A stretch of 64,000 nt of DNA from the human T2T-CHM13v2.0 reference genome, Homo sapiens (GCF_009914755.1 NC_060928.1), one strand, 5' to 3'; positions 1-13,151 are shown, counted from the first letter of the stretch. Translations and numbers: made by a program. The notes: generated from the letters alone by a model not told the origin.

Positions 1-223
1 GTGTATTTCTTGATTTACTAATTAAATTTATAGTGCTCTATACCAAAGAAATAATGAGAGATATATTTTATTACATACAAAAATGCATAACACAGTGTTA
101 TCAAAAAAAATGAAGAAAAAAACCAACTTGAGTGTCCATTTATAGGCTCTTGTTATATAAATTAAAACAAAATCATGTGGCAGAATAATATAAAGTTATT
201 AAGAACAGAAAAGATGTCTGCTT

Positions 224-1056
224 CCGCCAAAATGCAGAACACTGACAACACAAAATGGCGGCAAAGATGTGGTGCAACAAGAACTCTCATTCACTGCTGA
301 TGGGAATTAAAAATGAATGGTACAGCCACTTTGAAAAACAGGCTAACAAAACCCTACCAAACTAAACACACTCTTACGATATGATCAGCGGTTGCCCTCC
401 TTACTGTTTATCCAAGGAAGTTGAAAATGTATATTTACACAAAAACCTGCACATAGATGTTTATAGCAACTTTATTCAGAATTGCCAAAACTTGGGAACA
501 ACCAAGATGTTCTTCAGTAGGCGAGTGGATAAATTGTGGTGCATTGAGACAATGGAACATTATTCAGCACTAAAAACAAATGAAGGAACCTTATATGACT
601 TAGTGAAAAAAGCCATTGTGAAAAGGCTACATACCATATGATTCTAACTCTATGGCATCTTGAAAAAGGCCAAACAATGAAGACATTAAAAAGATAGTCA
701 TTGCTAGGGGTTAGGGAATAGGGAAGAATGGATAGTCAGAACACAGGATTTCTAGGGCAGTGAACATACTCCGTATGATACTATAATTATGGATACATGC
801 CATTATATATTCATTCATACCTATAGAATATAGAAGACCAAGAGTAAACTCTAATGTAAACTATGGACTTTGGGTGATTTTGATGTGTCAGTGTAGTTAC
901 ACTAATTACAATAACTATATCACTCTAGTGGGGGATGTTGATAATCAAGGAGGCTATGCATGTGTAGGATAAAGGGTATCCCATAAATCTCTGTACCTTC
1001 CTCTGAATTTTGTTGCAAATCTATAGCTGCTCTCAAAAAATAGTCTTTAAAAAAAG
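224..1056 (+). mobile_element. Old L1 3' end (L1MC1/2-like), ORF2 C-terminus plus 3' UTR
   Basis: L1 motifs 'gaactctcattcactgctgatggg', 'aaacctgcacatagatgtttatagcaactttattc' and 'aatgtaaactatggactttgggtga'; ends in an A-rich tail. ORF 381-641 is an ORF2 remnant. Confidence 0.8.
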
Positions 1057-1191
1057 TCTTCTTTCTGTAGTTTGGTAAAAACAGCTAGATCTTCAATAAG
1101 CCTTTCCTTTTCCTATATTTGTGGCCTTCTAAGAAGTAAATAAAATCTATAAGGATCACCCCTTCACACACACAAAATATGTGGCTGGTGC

Positions 1192-1678
1192 TGGAACAGG
1201 AATTAAAAGAAATTAAAAAATGTGTAAGCAAAAACTCAGTTGTATGTAAGAAAAACCAATTCCCCATGAGGAAAAGAAAGCGCCGAAGTCCTTCAAAAAT
1301 TGAATGCCTGTTTTTGGGTGGCTAGTGAGCCTTATCTCTCCATTTCCCAGGCATTGTGAAGAGTCTGTTTTTCTAGCTGTGCAGCTGCAAGGTCACTAAA
1401 CAGATAATCTCAAGTCATAAAACATGTTGTTCCTTAAAACGTAAGAAATAATGTAATGCCTGTCTTAACTGAATAACTGTTTTTGTTTCTTGTTTCTGTA
1501 ATACGCTTCCCCCTGCACAGATCTCCCCCCACCCCATGAAATGCTTAAAAGGTAGCTTGACTCTTTGTTCGGGGCTCAGTCCTTTGGATGTTAATCCGAC
1601 TGGGTCGGTGCACCTAAATAATTAAATAATTCCTCCTTAACTCCTCAGTCTCTCTGATTCCTTAATTATTCTGCTGCA
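1192..1678 (+). mobile_element. Solo ERV1 LTR (LTR15-like)
   Basis: TG...CA termini, about 487 bp, 4-bp flanks GTGC/GTAC (degenerate TSD). Start 'tggaacaggaattaaaagaaatt' matches my recollection of LTR15. Confidence 0.7.
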
Positions 1679-2329
1679 GTACTTCGAGAAAAAATGGAGA
1701 CATTGTCACTACAATAGGCCAATCTACCAAATGGAAGAATTGATTCTGAGATTATTACATTAGGTCCATGATTTTCATAGAAGGCTAAAGTGGTCCCAGA
1801 TTAACACTATTCTTGATTTCCATCATAGAGAAGTAACAATCTTTTTTGGAGAAAAATGTTCCCAACTCAGGCCTTTAGGATTCCAAAGATCATGGTAAAG
1901 AAAATATGAGACAGCAAATAAAGATCCCCAACACATAAGAAATAAACCACCAGGTTTAAGGGAGAGCAGTAATAATAACTAGATAGGGTTCCCACTTAGT
2001 TCATATATTTTAAGATCAAATACAGAATATTACTTAAATATATGTGTCCATACAAATATATGTAGATAATAAATCTAAAATTAAGTAATACTATTGTTTT
2101 TAAAAGGCAAAGTTAATTAGAAAATGAATTAACTAATGATTAATTAAAAACACATAATTTTTGAAATGAAAAAGATCTAATAGACACAGTTGAAGAGTAA
2201 GCAGAAAAACAAATCTGAAGAAATTAACCAAACAGACAAAATGAAACATGCAGAAAAAAGAAAAGTGGCATGTTGTTTACACTGAGAAGATTTAATGCAT
2301 ATCTGAAATAATCATCCCAATAGAAGATT

Positions 2330-2660
2330 GTATTAATTATTTTCTACTACATAACACATTATCCCAAAATGTAGCAACTTCAAGCAACAAATACTAAATG
2401 GTTGTCTGGTTCCAGGATCTCTTAACCAGTTCCCAGTCAAGCTGTTGTCTGGACAACAGTCTCTGAAGATTTGACTAAGCTAAAATTTCTTCTAATCTCA
2501 CTCACAAGTCTTTTGGCAGGTCCTTCAGTTCCTCTGCCATCTCACCATTTGGGTCTCTGTATAGGTTGACAGAGAAAGAGAGCAAGCATTTACAAGAGTG
2601 ATAATAAGAGCCTGATACAAAGTGGGAAGGCACTACAAAAGGATATAACCACCAGGAGCC
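2330..2660 (-). mobile_element. MaLR LTR (MLT1F/G/H-like), degenerate
   Basis: 'tgtatt...ataacacattatcccaaaatgtagcaacttcaagcaacaa', 'ctctgaagatttgact' and 'cagttcctctgcca' are typical MLT1 text. Confidence 0.55.
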
Positions 2661-2758
2661 AAGAGATGAGGATCAAGAGAGACTTAGAAAAGGAAGCAAA
2701 GGTAATATCTGAAAAGGGCTAGTTGAGAGTTCAACTAACATGAACCCACACATATAAA

Positions 2759-2910
2759 CAGTTGCCAATTTACCATGGGTCAGGTTAACATTTTTTTAAC
2801 TTTATGATGGGTTTGTTTATCAAGGAAGTAAGTGCATTTTTGACTTTTGGTATTTTTGACTTATGATGAGTTTATTGTGAAATTACACCATCATAGGTTG
2901 AGGAGCCTCT
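2759..2910. mobile_element. Tigger-derived MITE (MER47-like)
   Basis: Repeated 'gacttatgatg/actttatgatggg' motifs; terminus 'catcataggttgaggagcctct' followed by TA. Confidence 0.55.
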
Positions 2911-3084
2911 ATACATGAAACACAATAAGTTATAAACAGGAAAAACAAACAAACAAAAACACATTTATATTGTAACATTGCACATACAAAAGACAATGAA
3001 AAGTTTTTAATGCAGGTAGAGAAATCACCTACAAATAACTGGATGATATTGAAAGCAGACTTTGCATCAATAACGAAAATTGCG

Positions 3085-3730
3085 GTTTCTGAATTCAGAT
3101 TACTTGGTTTGTTTCCTTGCCACTCTGGCTGTTAAATCTTTGGAAAATAACTTAATCTCTTTGTGTCTTATCTTTGTAGTAGATTTCTATTGCTATTGTG
3201 ATAAATCACTGCAAACATTGGCACACAGCAACATAGATTTATTATCTGGATTTATTAGAGATTTATTATCTTTATTTATTTATTACAGTTCTGGAGGCCA
3301 GAAGTCCTGACGTCAGTTGTTGGCAGGGTTGCATTTCTTCTGGAGGCTCTAAAGTATAATCTATGTTTTTACTTTTTCCAGCTTCAAGAGGTGCCCTGCA
3401 TTCCTTTTTTATGGCTGTTTCTTCTCATTGTTGCAACCTCTGCTTTGTTCACATCTCCTTTTCTAACTCCTACCCTCCTGTCTCCCTTTAACAGGGACCA
3501 CAGTGATTGATCACGTTGTGAATCTAGGATAATCTTCCTACCTCAGAATCCTTAACTCAATCATTGTAAAGCCTATTTTGCTATGAAAGGTAATATATTC
3601 ATAGATTTCAGGCCTTATGACCTGAACATTTTTGAGGGACATTAGTCTGTCTACCACAGTCCTTGTAAAATAAGAGAAGTAATAATGTCGACTACCTAGG
3701 GTTTTTATGAGGATTGAATATTGAATATGC
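3085..3730 (+). mobile_element. MIR split by an MLT1C-like LTR (3175-3658)
   Basis: MIR core 'cttaatctctttgtgtctt' resumes as 'tgtaaaataagaga...gtttttatgaggattg' after an LTR running tgta...ctaccaca and containing 'acagttctggaggccagaagtcc'. Confidence 0.65.
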
Positions 3731-4317
3731 TCAGATATTTTTTAAAGTTATTATTCCATTTCTATTATTTTATAATTATTATTAAAAATAGAGGTAAGCC
3801 ACCTACTCCTCTCAAAAGGTAGTTTGTACTCGGAGATAATGAACAGACTGGTTAAAAGTACTTACAATGCAGATTAATGCACACTGCATACTATAAAATT
3901 GTTTGATAAAATAAGTAAAGAATTGACTAAAAAACTACAGGATGATATATTAAAGAGCTAAAGGTTGGTGAGTGGGGAGCTGTATCGTTAACATTACTTA
4001 GTCTACAAAATTGTTCTTCAAAGCTAAAGATTCAATAAACTGAAAGCTCACTGCTAACTATCCTTCAATCGTGAAACTTCTGAGTGTACTTTTGGAAGAT
4101 AGAAAAGAATCTTAGAAGAAGACTGAGAAATAAATAATAGAAAATATATAAATTGGAAAACAAGTGAATAAGTTCAAGAAACCATTGTTTATATAAAAAC
4201 AATGTTCTTCTTTCAATTTGTAAGGTTAAAAAAATTAAAATGCTAGACAATAATAGTGCATAATTTAGAAAGAGGTTAACCATAATTGCATTGTGTGAAA
4301 GCAATTACATTATTCAA

Positions 4318-4701
4318 CACAGGGGGCTGAAGGCCCATGGGATGTGACCAACTCAGCATTCCACTGGAGGCTATATGATCAGATAGCAAACTGTTTATCA
4401 TGAAAGTAGGATGTGAGCAAACTCACAACTGCTCCTGCTGACAGAAGGTTTGCTGGAGGCAATCATTCCCTGGTGCCGAGCTTACCTACTGCAACATCTA
4501 GAGAATGCAGTCTTGCAAGCCTACTCTGGACTGAGCCCCTTATTCCACCCCCATTCTCACTATCTTTTTTGCCTAATAAATACAGAATGCTGTGTAAAGT
4601 TCAGGGCCCTTGTCCACTAGAGGCAAGGTGCCTCCGACTTTTGTCTCTTGTCTTTATTCCGGCATTCTCCCCTCTTTGTTCAGTCCAATAGGTCCGCGGC
4701 A
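4318..4701 (+). mobile_element. Solo LTR3 (HERV-K HML-6)
   Basis: Perfect 6-bp TSD ATTCAA (4312-4317 and 4702-4707); AATAAA at about 4575; text 'gaccaactcagcattccactggaggctatatgatc' and 'cagggcccttgtccactagaggcaagg' typical of LTR3. Confidence 0.8.
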
Positions 4702-4789
4702 ATTCAAGATATGCAGTGGAGGTAGTATCTAATGGGAGCTATTGTTAAATCACAAACATATAGCTAAACTGAAAGTAACTAATTGCCAC

Positions 4790-6940
4790 AATTGGGTAGT
4801 TGGACTCTTCAAAGGATATTGTCATATCAGAGGCTGAGCATTGGTTTTTGTTGATGGTAGGTTGGATCATGGTGACTGGGAGCTTATGTTCTAGGGTTTA
4901 TGCAGAGACTTCATCTTTGCCATTAAGTCTACACTGTTTATGAACCATTTGCCAGCAGTAGAATGGCCAGTGCCAGAGGCTGGCTGATGTGACTTGTATG
5001 GGTCATTCTTTCTACTTGGTTATTGAGCATCTTCTATGGTCAATACTTTATGGTAGACATTCATGTCCTGCCTACACTATGCTTTACGTTCACTCCCACA
5101 GGTTAATCCATAAGCCTCTTTTCCAGAATTTCCAATTATCCACATAGTGGAATAATGTCAGAGTGTCCAGACTGTTCAGGTCCCCTGGGAATATATTATG
5201 ACAGAAGTAAAAAAGGTTAGTATCACCCTCAAGCAAAGCTACAAATATATATTATTGTACATCCCACATGAAAGCAAACTATCTCTGACCTAGCATCTGT
5301 TGGATGAATACAGGCATATAGGGAATGTCTGCAGTCTAGTAATTTCCTCTAGAAGAGATACCATATCTATCCCAGGAGTTGTAGTTAGGACTGTTATCCT
5401 GGTTAAATTCATTATAATCTACAGCCACCCACCAAAATCCATCTGAATTTTGTAGGAGCCAAATTGGTAAATCTAAATGGTAGAAGCCATGATCCTGAAT
5501 TCTTTTACTCTTTAGTTGTTTTTTCATTATTATAATCATTGAGTTTTGAGAATTCTTTATATACTTTGGGTATAATTTATTTGTGAGATAACTGTGACTT
5601 GTCTTTTTATTTTAACAGTATATATCAAAGAATAAAAGTTTTACATTTTGATGAAAAAACAGTAGTAGCCCTAATCTTTGCTCTATCCTCATAGATAAGC
5701 ATGATTTTTTACTTAATGACTTAGCTGGGACTTTTAATTGCCATTTACCAATAATATAGCTTTCACCTCACAGATCATGGAATTGATACAAGGATCATAG
5801 TAATTGTCAAGTATTTACATTCTAATTGTACGTTTATGTACTGAAGAAAAGTCATTGGGTATGTCCGTAAATCCAATAGATTCATGGTGAACAAGAACAG
5901 AGAGAGGACTCAATTACATGACTCCCAGACCTTTCTCCATTGCACCTGCACCAATCTAACAAGTGGGCTAAGAAGTATCATCTTCTAATTAGAAGATATA
6001 GTGATTCATGTATACAGCCATCACTAAAGTCTTAGGTCCTGTGTCCAATAGCCCTCAAAATGTCGGGGGAGATCTCATGCTCCAGTGTATGGCTTTCCTA
6101 ATAAGTTGCCAGAGATCTCTGTGCAGAATGACTTGGGGAATAGTTACTGCCTAGACTCATTGTGGCATTACTATGTCCTCCCTTATGGGGACTTAGTCTC
6201 TCCCTTGCTCAATGTTCATTTCCCACACATGAACCACTTTTTACAACCAGACCCATTGTGTTGCAAAGCAGAGGCCTCTATACTATCTTCAAGTGATGAG
6301 GGAGTTGGGAAGTGGAATGGAGAGTAGGGAGTGCTAGACTTTAACTCGGAGAAGCCAGCCATTTCAAGGCCTCAAGACTCCTGAAATACATTTCCTGTTT
6401 GAAGAAAAGACTTTTAAAATCTGAATTTTTCTCAATAAGCACCAACATTTGCGAATAGAAGATCTATTGAGTTGAGAATTCAACTTTGGAATTTCACTAT
6501 ACTTAGAATTAAATACTGTGTCTAATCCTAAATTCATTAGCCCAATGGTTATAGGAGAGGAAAATCACTTTATATGTTGCCAAGTGCTCTGATTTTACAT
6601 TTAACATTAAAATAGTGGTTAAGCACCCTAGACTTTACTGGCTTTCTTCAATGAATCTATAGCACTCAGCAATAGACATTCGATTCTAGTCTTTTCAATT
6701 TACTACTTTCTCTATAATTCTCAAATGTCTGAGGCATGGCACTGACAGTGCATAATCTTCTATTTATATAATGTCCCTTATTACTAGTGATAAAAGTTTT
6801 AACAATTGCACCACCACAGCATACCAGGAATAATCAAAACATTACTGACCACTAGTATGAGTACTCATTACAAGCCAGGCTATGAGTGATCCAACATCAA
6901 AATTCTATTTTAAGGTCAATTTCCTAAGACCAATCCTGTA
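4790..6940 (-). mobile_element. Ancient ERVL-class internal region (HERV16/ERV3-16A3-like), with an L1 fragment at about 5515-5655
   Basis: ORF 5336-5539 contains 'PIWLLQNSDGFWWVAVDYNEFNQ', homologous to the HERV-L RT start in this window ('[23 protein letters not shown]'). Abuts an LTR16-like element. Confidence 0.6.
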
Positions 6941-6944
6941 CCAA

Positions 6945-7350
6945 TGCTTTCAGATTGAGTTTGACAGAAACAGACTGTTAGAGGAAATTTGCATGCAGGA
7001 GACCCTCAAAGACAGCACCATTAACGAGGTTAGGAAAATAGGAATTGGCAAAAGGAGAAATTGAAGTCTAGTGAATTTGCATTAGTAATCTCTGGCTATC
7101 TCAACTGTAGCTGGAGCAGAGATGTTTCTTTAAAATTGGCTCAAACTTGGGCCTTTTATTGTTTCTTTTAAATCAACTAGTTATTGCCTGTGGGTTAGGA
7201 GAGAAATGAAAGCTGGGGTGAGGTACCTCTCTTCAGTTCAGGGTAATTCTTCACACATAGGCCCACAATTCTAATAATCAGAAGCTTACCCTACTGGTAG
7301 CTGGTGGAATGAAGGAAGAATTTGAACAGAGCCCAGAGATTCTGATACAA
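6945..7350 (-). mobile_element. LTR16-family LTR (probable 5' LTR of the adjacent ERVL internal region)
   Basis: 'aaacagactg...atttgcatgcagg', 'ggaattggcaaaaggagaaattgaa' and 'gggtgaggtacctctcttcagttcagggtaattc'. Confidence 0.55.
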
Positions 7351-7569
7351 TTATTAGTATTTCAAGAATGTGAGCATAGTTAATTCTACCCTGGATTAAT
7401 ATCAAAAATTTTAAATAATTTTTCTGCTATGTTGAAAATCATGTAAAATAGGATAGCTATACTGTGCTATTAACTCTAAAATCTCAGTGGTTTAATACAG
7501 ATGAAAGTGCATCTACTTCATTCTTTTTAGGACCTGATTTCAAAATTTTAATTATCAGCATATTAGATT

Positions 7570-7812
7570 GTTATTTCTTAAAATATCTGTGGTGAAAAAT
7601 GTGGTTATTTTCATTTTGTTTGTTCATTTTCTTTTTTTCAAATCTATTGATAGCAGATACTTTTGAAAAACGCGATAAATATAGAGTGGCAGTATCAATT
7701 TGTTATAAAAAGTTCTAAATGCTAATGTTCAATTTCTGATATATCTCATGTAGACCAGTAATAGTTTATGGACATTCATTTCTCTGAGGACACTCTTTGA
7801 GCAACATTCTCT
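7570..7812. mobile_element. hAT-Charlie DNA transposon fragment
   Basis: 'gttataaaagttctaaatgct...caatttctg' and terminal 'gaggacactctttgagcaaca' resemble Charlie4-type ends. Confidence 0.4.
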
Positions 7813-7829
7813 AGGCCTTGTTACCTTCT

Positions 7830-8700
7830 CTTATGCTTTTTTTTTCTATCCTTTTGTTTATCCTTGCTTTGGTTTAAATATTTTCTTTTGAGATGCCTCC
7901 CAATTTACTAATTCTTTCTCCAGCTGCATCTAATCTACTGTCAAATATATACACTAAGTTCTTAGTTTCTATTATTGGGTTTTTAAGTTTTACAATTTCA
8001 ATTTTCCTTATTTTCTTTAAGTTTATACTTCAATGCTGAAATTACAAAATTGTGTCACTTATTTACTGAAACACAATTTTTATAGTTATTTTAAAACCTG
8101 TGCCATATAATGGAATAATCTGAATCTCTTATCTGGTTATTTCTTTGGCTTTGTGGTCACTTTTATTTTTATCTACTTGCATACCTGGTTATGCTTGATT
8201 ATCAGGCGGTATGTATGAAGACTATAAAGGTAAATTGAGTCTCTGGATACTATTCTCTTACTCCAAGATAGAGTTATCTTTGCTATCATCTGGTGGCTAT
8301 TCAAGAATCATTAGCCATCCTAGATTAATGTAATTCTAATAAGGGATTAATATCATCTATCCTGAGCTTTAGACCCCAATAAGACTTCACTACTTCTATT
8401 TCACCTTCTTCCTAGGGTACAGACTCTCAGGGTGTTTGCCAGGGTCTTCCTACTTGTAAGCCCAGACTCCAATCTTTATCTCTCCCATCTCTCTGTAGAA
8501 TGCACTGCTCAGTTGCTCAAACTCCCAGTCTTCTTCACTAGAATTTTCAAGTTAAAAGGTATCATAAATATAAGCCTTATTTCCCTTTATTTTCTTCTAA
8601 ATCTTAACCTTATAATTATTGAATATCTTTATAATTTTCTAGTTTTCTAATAAATATATACATTATATTTTATCCATCTATTCTCCTTGTTTTCTGTTAT
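7830..8700 (-). mobile_element. Old L1M/HAL1 ORF1-region fragment
   Basis: T-rich antisense L1 text 'ttactaattctttctccagctgcatctaatctactgt'. Confidence 0.5.
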
Positions 8701-8761
8701 CTATTATCAATATCCAAACTGAGCTACAGGGATTTTTTTTTTTCTCAAGGTTATATGCTCT

Positions 8762-8980
8762 TTAGAAAATAACAACTCTTCTTTTAAGAAATAGTTGTCA
8801 CTCTGTCAGGGCACAGATAGAAACTGAATGCCCGATTATGGGAATCCAGGTAATATTGCGACCTGAGCCACTGAGCAATGAATCAAGGAGGCCGCACAGT
8901 AAACTTTCATCAAATGAAATGACATACACCTAACCATGCTTGCTGATTCTGATGGCACAAATAGAGAATCATAATCATGT
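8762..8980 (+). mobile_element. Isolated ERVL-type pol fragment
   Basis: By eye aligns to the reverse complement of HERV-L about 15780-16010 ('tagaaactgaa...tgcgacctgagc...gcacag...catcaaatg...gatggcacaa'). Confidence 0.5.
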
Positions 8981-9610
8981 CAAATATAGCATTATTTCCA
9001 ATGGTTAAAATTGAAGACAACTTACTTATCCCTTAAAACAAGAATTTATAAAGACATTTTTATATCAAACGCAATGCAATGTGATGAAGCAGCTAAAATG
9101 TATGAACTACAATTTCTTATATCCATCTGAATAAATTTTACATTATACAATTATGAGAAAAGTGAGTCTATTAAGAATCTTCACAAACTAATAGAATTTA
9201 TTTGAATATTAAGTTGTACTGAACAATACTTGTAATTACATCTGTATATATTGTATATAAATATATATAATTGTATATGTATATATTTTATATATTATAT
9301 ATTTATATTAAGTAAAATTCTAAACACATTTCTGGAATTATGAATTGTAAAATTTCCTAGGGATAAAAAGAGGAATAGTTTCAGAGTTATGTAGAGGACT
9401 TCAACTGTACATATGATTTTTTAAAAATATGAAACAAACATGAGCAACTTTTTAAAATTAGAAGAAAACTATGTCTTTATACAGAGGTACTTAGTAGAGT
9501 GTTCTGTGTACTTTCTTGTGTGTTTGAATAATTTTATAATACAAAATATGATTTTCATAATAAAAATCCTTTTTAAGAAAACTTAAAACCTATCCCTTTA
9601 TATTGGCAAT

Positions 9611-10070
9611 TGTGGAATATATTGTACTTGCTCTATCCCAATCTGCACACTGCCTTTCTCTGCTATGCTTTTCCCTAGGAGGCTAGGTCCTATAGACTGA
9701 CTCTTCAAATTTCTCTAGCTGTCTTCCGGTTGGGTCAACTCAATGGGAACCCCTGGGAGACTGGAGTAGATGGAGTGAGAGACCAGGGACCATAGAACAG
9801 TATTTCTTCCTTGCCTCTTCCCTTGATCAATACACAGTCTCTGGCAGTATCCTGTATGGTAGATGGGCCCTCCTCCAGAGTTCTGGGTCTCAGTGGGCTT
9901 TGATAATCCTCTCCTTGTTTCTTCAGCACTAAGAGTGGTAATGGCTTTGTGTTGCTTCTGAGTGTCTCACCATTGCATATTCCATATCCTTGTCTACTCC
10001 TCTGTAAGTAGATCTTTCCTAAGTCTGCTCACTGAAATATTTGTTTCCTGCTTGTATCTTAGCTAACACA
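9611..10070 (+). mobile_element. LTR33-like ERVL solo LTR
   Basis: 'tgtgg...ccctaggaggct', 'cttccggttgggt', 'gagtggtaatggcttt'; ends 'tgtttcctgc...aca'. Confidence 0.6.
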
Positions 10071-10145
10071 TTGATGGAATGAGAAAGCAAAAATAAAACG
10101 TATCTTAGCTAACACATTGATGGAATGAGAAAGCAAAAATAAAAC
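10054..10145. repeat. Perfect 46-bp tandem duplication
   Basis: gtatcttagctaacacattgatggaatgagaaagcaaaaataaaac x2 (10054-10099, 10100-10145). Confidence 0.97.
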
Positions 10146-11914
10146 AATAGTACAATAAGTAGTAAAAATCTATTATTAGTAAAATATATAACTTAATTTA
10201 TGCAATATGAGTAAAATAAAGCCATGTATAAGACCATTTAAATTAGTTGATTAGTCTTTTAATCGGATTTGTTCACATCAAACTCCAAAATACATGGCCT
10301 ATTTGGAACACCCCAAGCCATGAATAAACTGGTTTAATAATAGCTGTCAGTTATATTTAGGACAATTAAACTAGTAATATATGCAAATGTAATTTTTGAT
10401 ATATTTAATGCTTATTTTGAAATGGACAACTGTAATAGCTATTATGATAATCAATCCAATGGTCAAGTTCTATTATGGTTACAGTGATTTGAAATTATAA
10501 ATCATAGCAGTCATCTTGAAATTCCTTTTCCAAAGATTATTCACCAGAAATAATGTATCCCATTAGAAGCCCAAGGGTTTTTCTTTAATGGAAGGCAGCC
10601 ATATTCCTTTAGCAAAACTGATTAGTCTGTCCTCCTACTTCAGTGTTTTTATCTATTAAAGCCAAAGCCTAATGAGCAAATTCACTAATGAGGCGCTCTA
10701 TATCTGTTGTAAAGAAAAATCTTTCTTTAGCAAACTTCTTATTAAAATAGTAAGTGAGTGTAGAGCTAAACTTGGCAAAATTCTGTGATCCAAATTGACA
10801 AATGCAAGCGTGTTTTCTTTTAATACCTGAAATGTTGACTGCTAATAATGGGATCTCAGTTCAAACAAATAATTACAGTTGATGATTAAAGTAACCATAA
10901 CCCTAATTAATGACTTTGTTAACAGCTGCTGCTTATTTAGGGCATTAATCCAAGTTCATTGTTTAACCTCTTTATATCTACTAACCCATATGAAATATTT
11001 AACAATTCACTGACTCATTCCTAAGGCACTACATGATAATATGTGACTGTATCCATGAGGTGCCACTAATGATGATTTTGCTTGTCTACCCTCCATTCTG
11101 GCCAGGTTTTCTACTGTCAGATTCCATCTTGAGTTGAGGATTCCATTTCCATATACTCTTTTTGAAGGAACAGATTGCAGGTAGTTTTTAAAACCATGGA
11201 TCACCTGGAGTCACAGTGAAGAGAATGGCACCTGGATAAAAGACCACCATGTATCTGCTTGCCTATTGTCTGTGAGCAGCGCTTTTGCACAGTATTGGAT
11301 GGTGATTGCTAAACTAAGTCACCTCCTCCCATTTGGTCTTTGAATTCAAAACATAAAACATCTCTTAGAGATGAGAGATTATAGCCCTTTAAACAGCTGA
11401 AATAAGTTTAGTAGGGCAGCAGAAACAGCTAGAGATAAGGCTGAAGATGAAGTCATTACTTGGGTATAAAAAGGCTTGTAAACCAGGATTCCAATTTTTA
11501 TCATACAGGTTATTGGAACCCCTGGAGGATATAAAACCAGAAAGTAAAATGATCATATTTACATTTTTCCTTTCCTGGTTTATTCTTATATTAAACTCTG
11601 ACTGATTTAAGTAACTTAAATATGCTTCTCTTATAACCTGAAAGATGAAAGATAAGCCACTTCTCATTTTAATGATAACAAGCTGAGATGATAACCGTGC
11701 CTGTGTTCTTGCTGTAGTCTTCCTGTACATGCCACTCATCTATCTACTTTTTTCCTAGAGTAGACATGTTGGCCTCAATATCTGCCTCTATTAGGAATCT
11801 TACTTTATTTACTATCCTTGCTTAACTTCTTCCACTCCAGATTGTTTCTTGTAGAACATATATTACCACTGCTTATGGTACATCGACAAACCTTTTAATT
11901 CTCAAATGACATTC

Positions 11915-12420
11915 ATAGTAAGAAATTTGTGTCTTGGCTCTACCCTGTGCTAACTGGAAGAGTTGGCATCATCTCAACTAAGTGTCATCATCTGAATTTA
12001 TTTTTCTGTAAAGGGATGCTTTGTTTATTATACTTTATAGACTTATTGTGAAGGGAAATTAGGAAGTCTAAATGAGGCTATTCCTAATATCAAATGATGT
12101 ATGAATATGTTTTATTATGATAAAGTGAATGTAATTCACATATATTGTTGAGACCTGTCAATGATAAGTAGAGTAGCTGCATGAATACAAACCTGGGCTT
12201 TAAAGTCATACAGGCTTCAATCAAACCTTTTCTAATTAGCATCTGTAAAACTGCAGGAAAGTTAATTAGCTGCTGTAAACTTCAGCACCTTTATTTATAA
12301 AATTGGAACAACAATGTCTACTTCACAAAATTATGATAAAGATTTAATGAGGTAACACGTGAAAATGTATTTGAAAGGTCATTGGAACACAGTAAGTGGT
12401 CATTAAAAGGTTGCAATTAT
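11915..12420 (+). mobile_element. Two degenerate MIRs
   Basis: MIR core motifs 'tttctgtaaagggatg...ttattgtgaag' and 'tataaaattggaacaacaatgtctacttcacaaaattatgataaagatttaatgagg'. Confidence 0.55.
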
Positions 12421-12884
12421 TCCATTAAGAAGTAAAATGTTTGATCTTTTAAAATTTGTATTTAATTGTAGGAACCTATTACAATTTATTTAAGAATAAT
12501 AGCACAAGGAAACTTATATGAATGGATTCATTATCCTGTCTTGCAAATTAGTCTTCTGGAAGTAAAGCTAAAACATGAAGAAGGAGCAATAGGAAGTTAG
12601 CAGCTATTCAGGAAAGTGGAAACAGAGTTTTCTCTCTGTCTTCCAAAATCAGCTTTAACTTTACTGTTGAACACAGTATTCTACTTTGTAGGTGTTGAGT
12701 GGACAAACGTAGGAATAAATGAATAAATTACAACTGTTTGAAAAGGGTCATAGCTGATTCAGGTCACTTTATGCACTGGAGGATGAGGTTAGAGTCTTTA
12801 GGGGAATAGGGTAAGACTGTTGCTCTAAAGGCAGTTCCAAAGAGCAGATACATAAGTCGATGGGGCAATAATAAAAAGGATGTT

Positions 12885-13150
12885 AATGTTTATGATATCT
12901 AACAGGTATTGAGTGCTTAATAGTATCAGACATAGTTTCAAATGTTTTACTTACATTATCTTTTTATTCATCCTAAAACCCCTATAAACAGATATTATTA
13001 TTATCCCTAAACTAAAGCAAAGAGAGGGTAAGAAACGTCCACAAATTTATATATTATTAAATAATATTCTATATGTTTAACATGAGAGAAAAATGGCTAG
13101 GTTCAAATCTCCCAGGCTCCAGCCAGGTGGTTTAGGAATCCAATGATCCT
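12885..13150 (-). mobile_element. MIR
   Basis: 'tattgagtgcttaa...cattatctttttattcatcctaaaacccctat...tattattattatccc'. Confidence 0.55.
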
Positions 13151-13151
13151 C

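Larger units (their letters stand above)
1900..3070 (+). mobile_element. Very old L1M/HAL1 ORF1-region fragment, interrupted by an MLT1 and a Tigger MITE
   Basis: Degenerate A-rich ORF1-like text such as 'ctaatagacacagttgaagag' and 'aaatctgaagaaattaacc'. Boundaries approximate. Confidence 0.45.
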
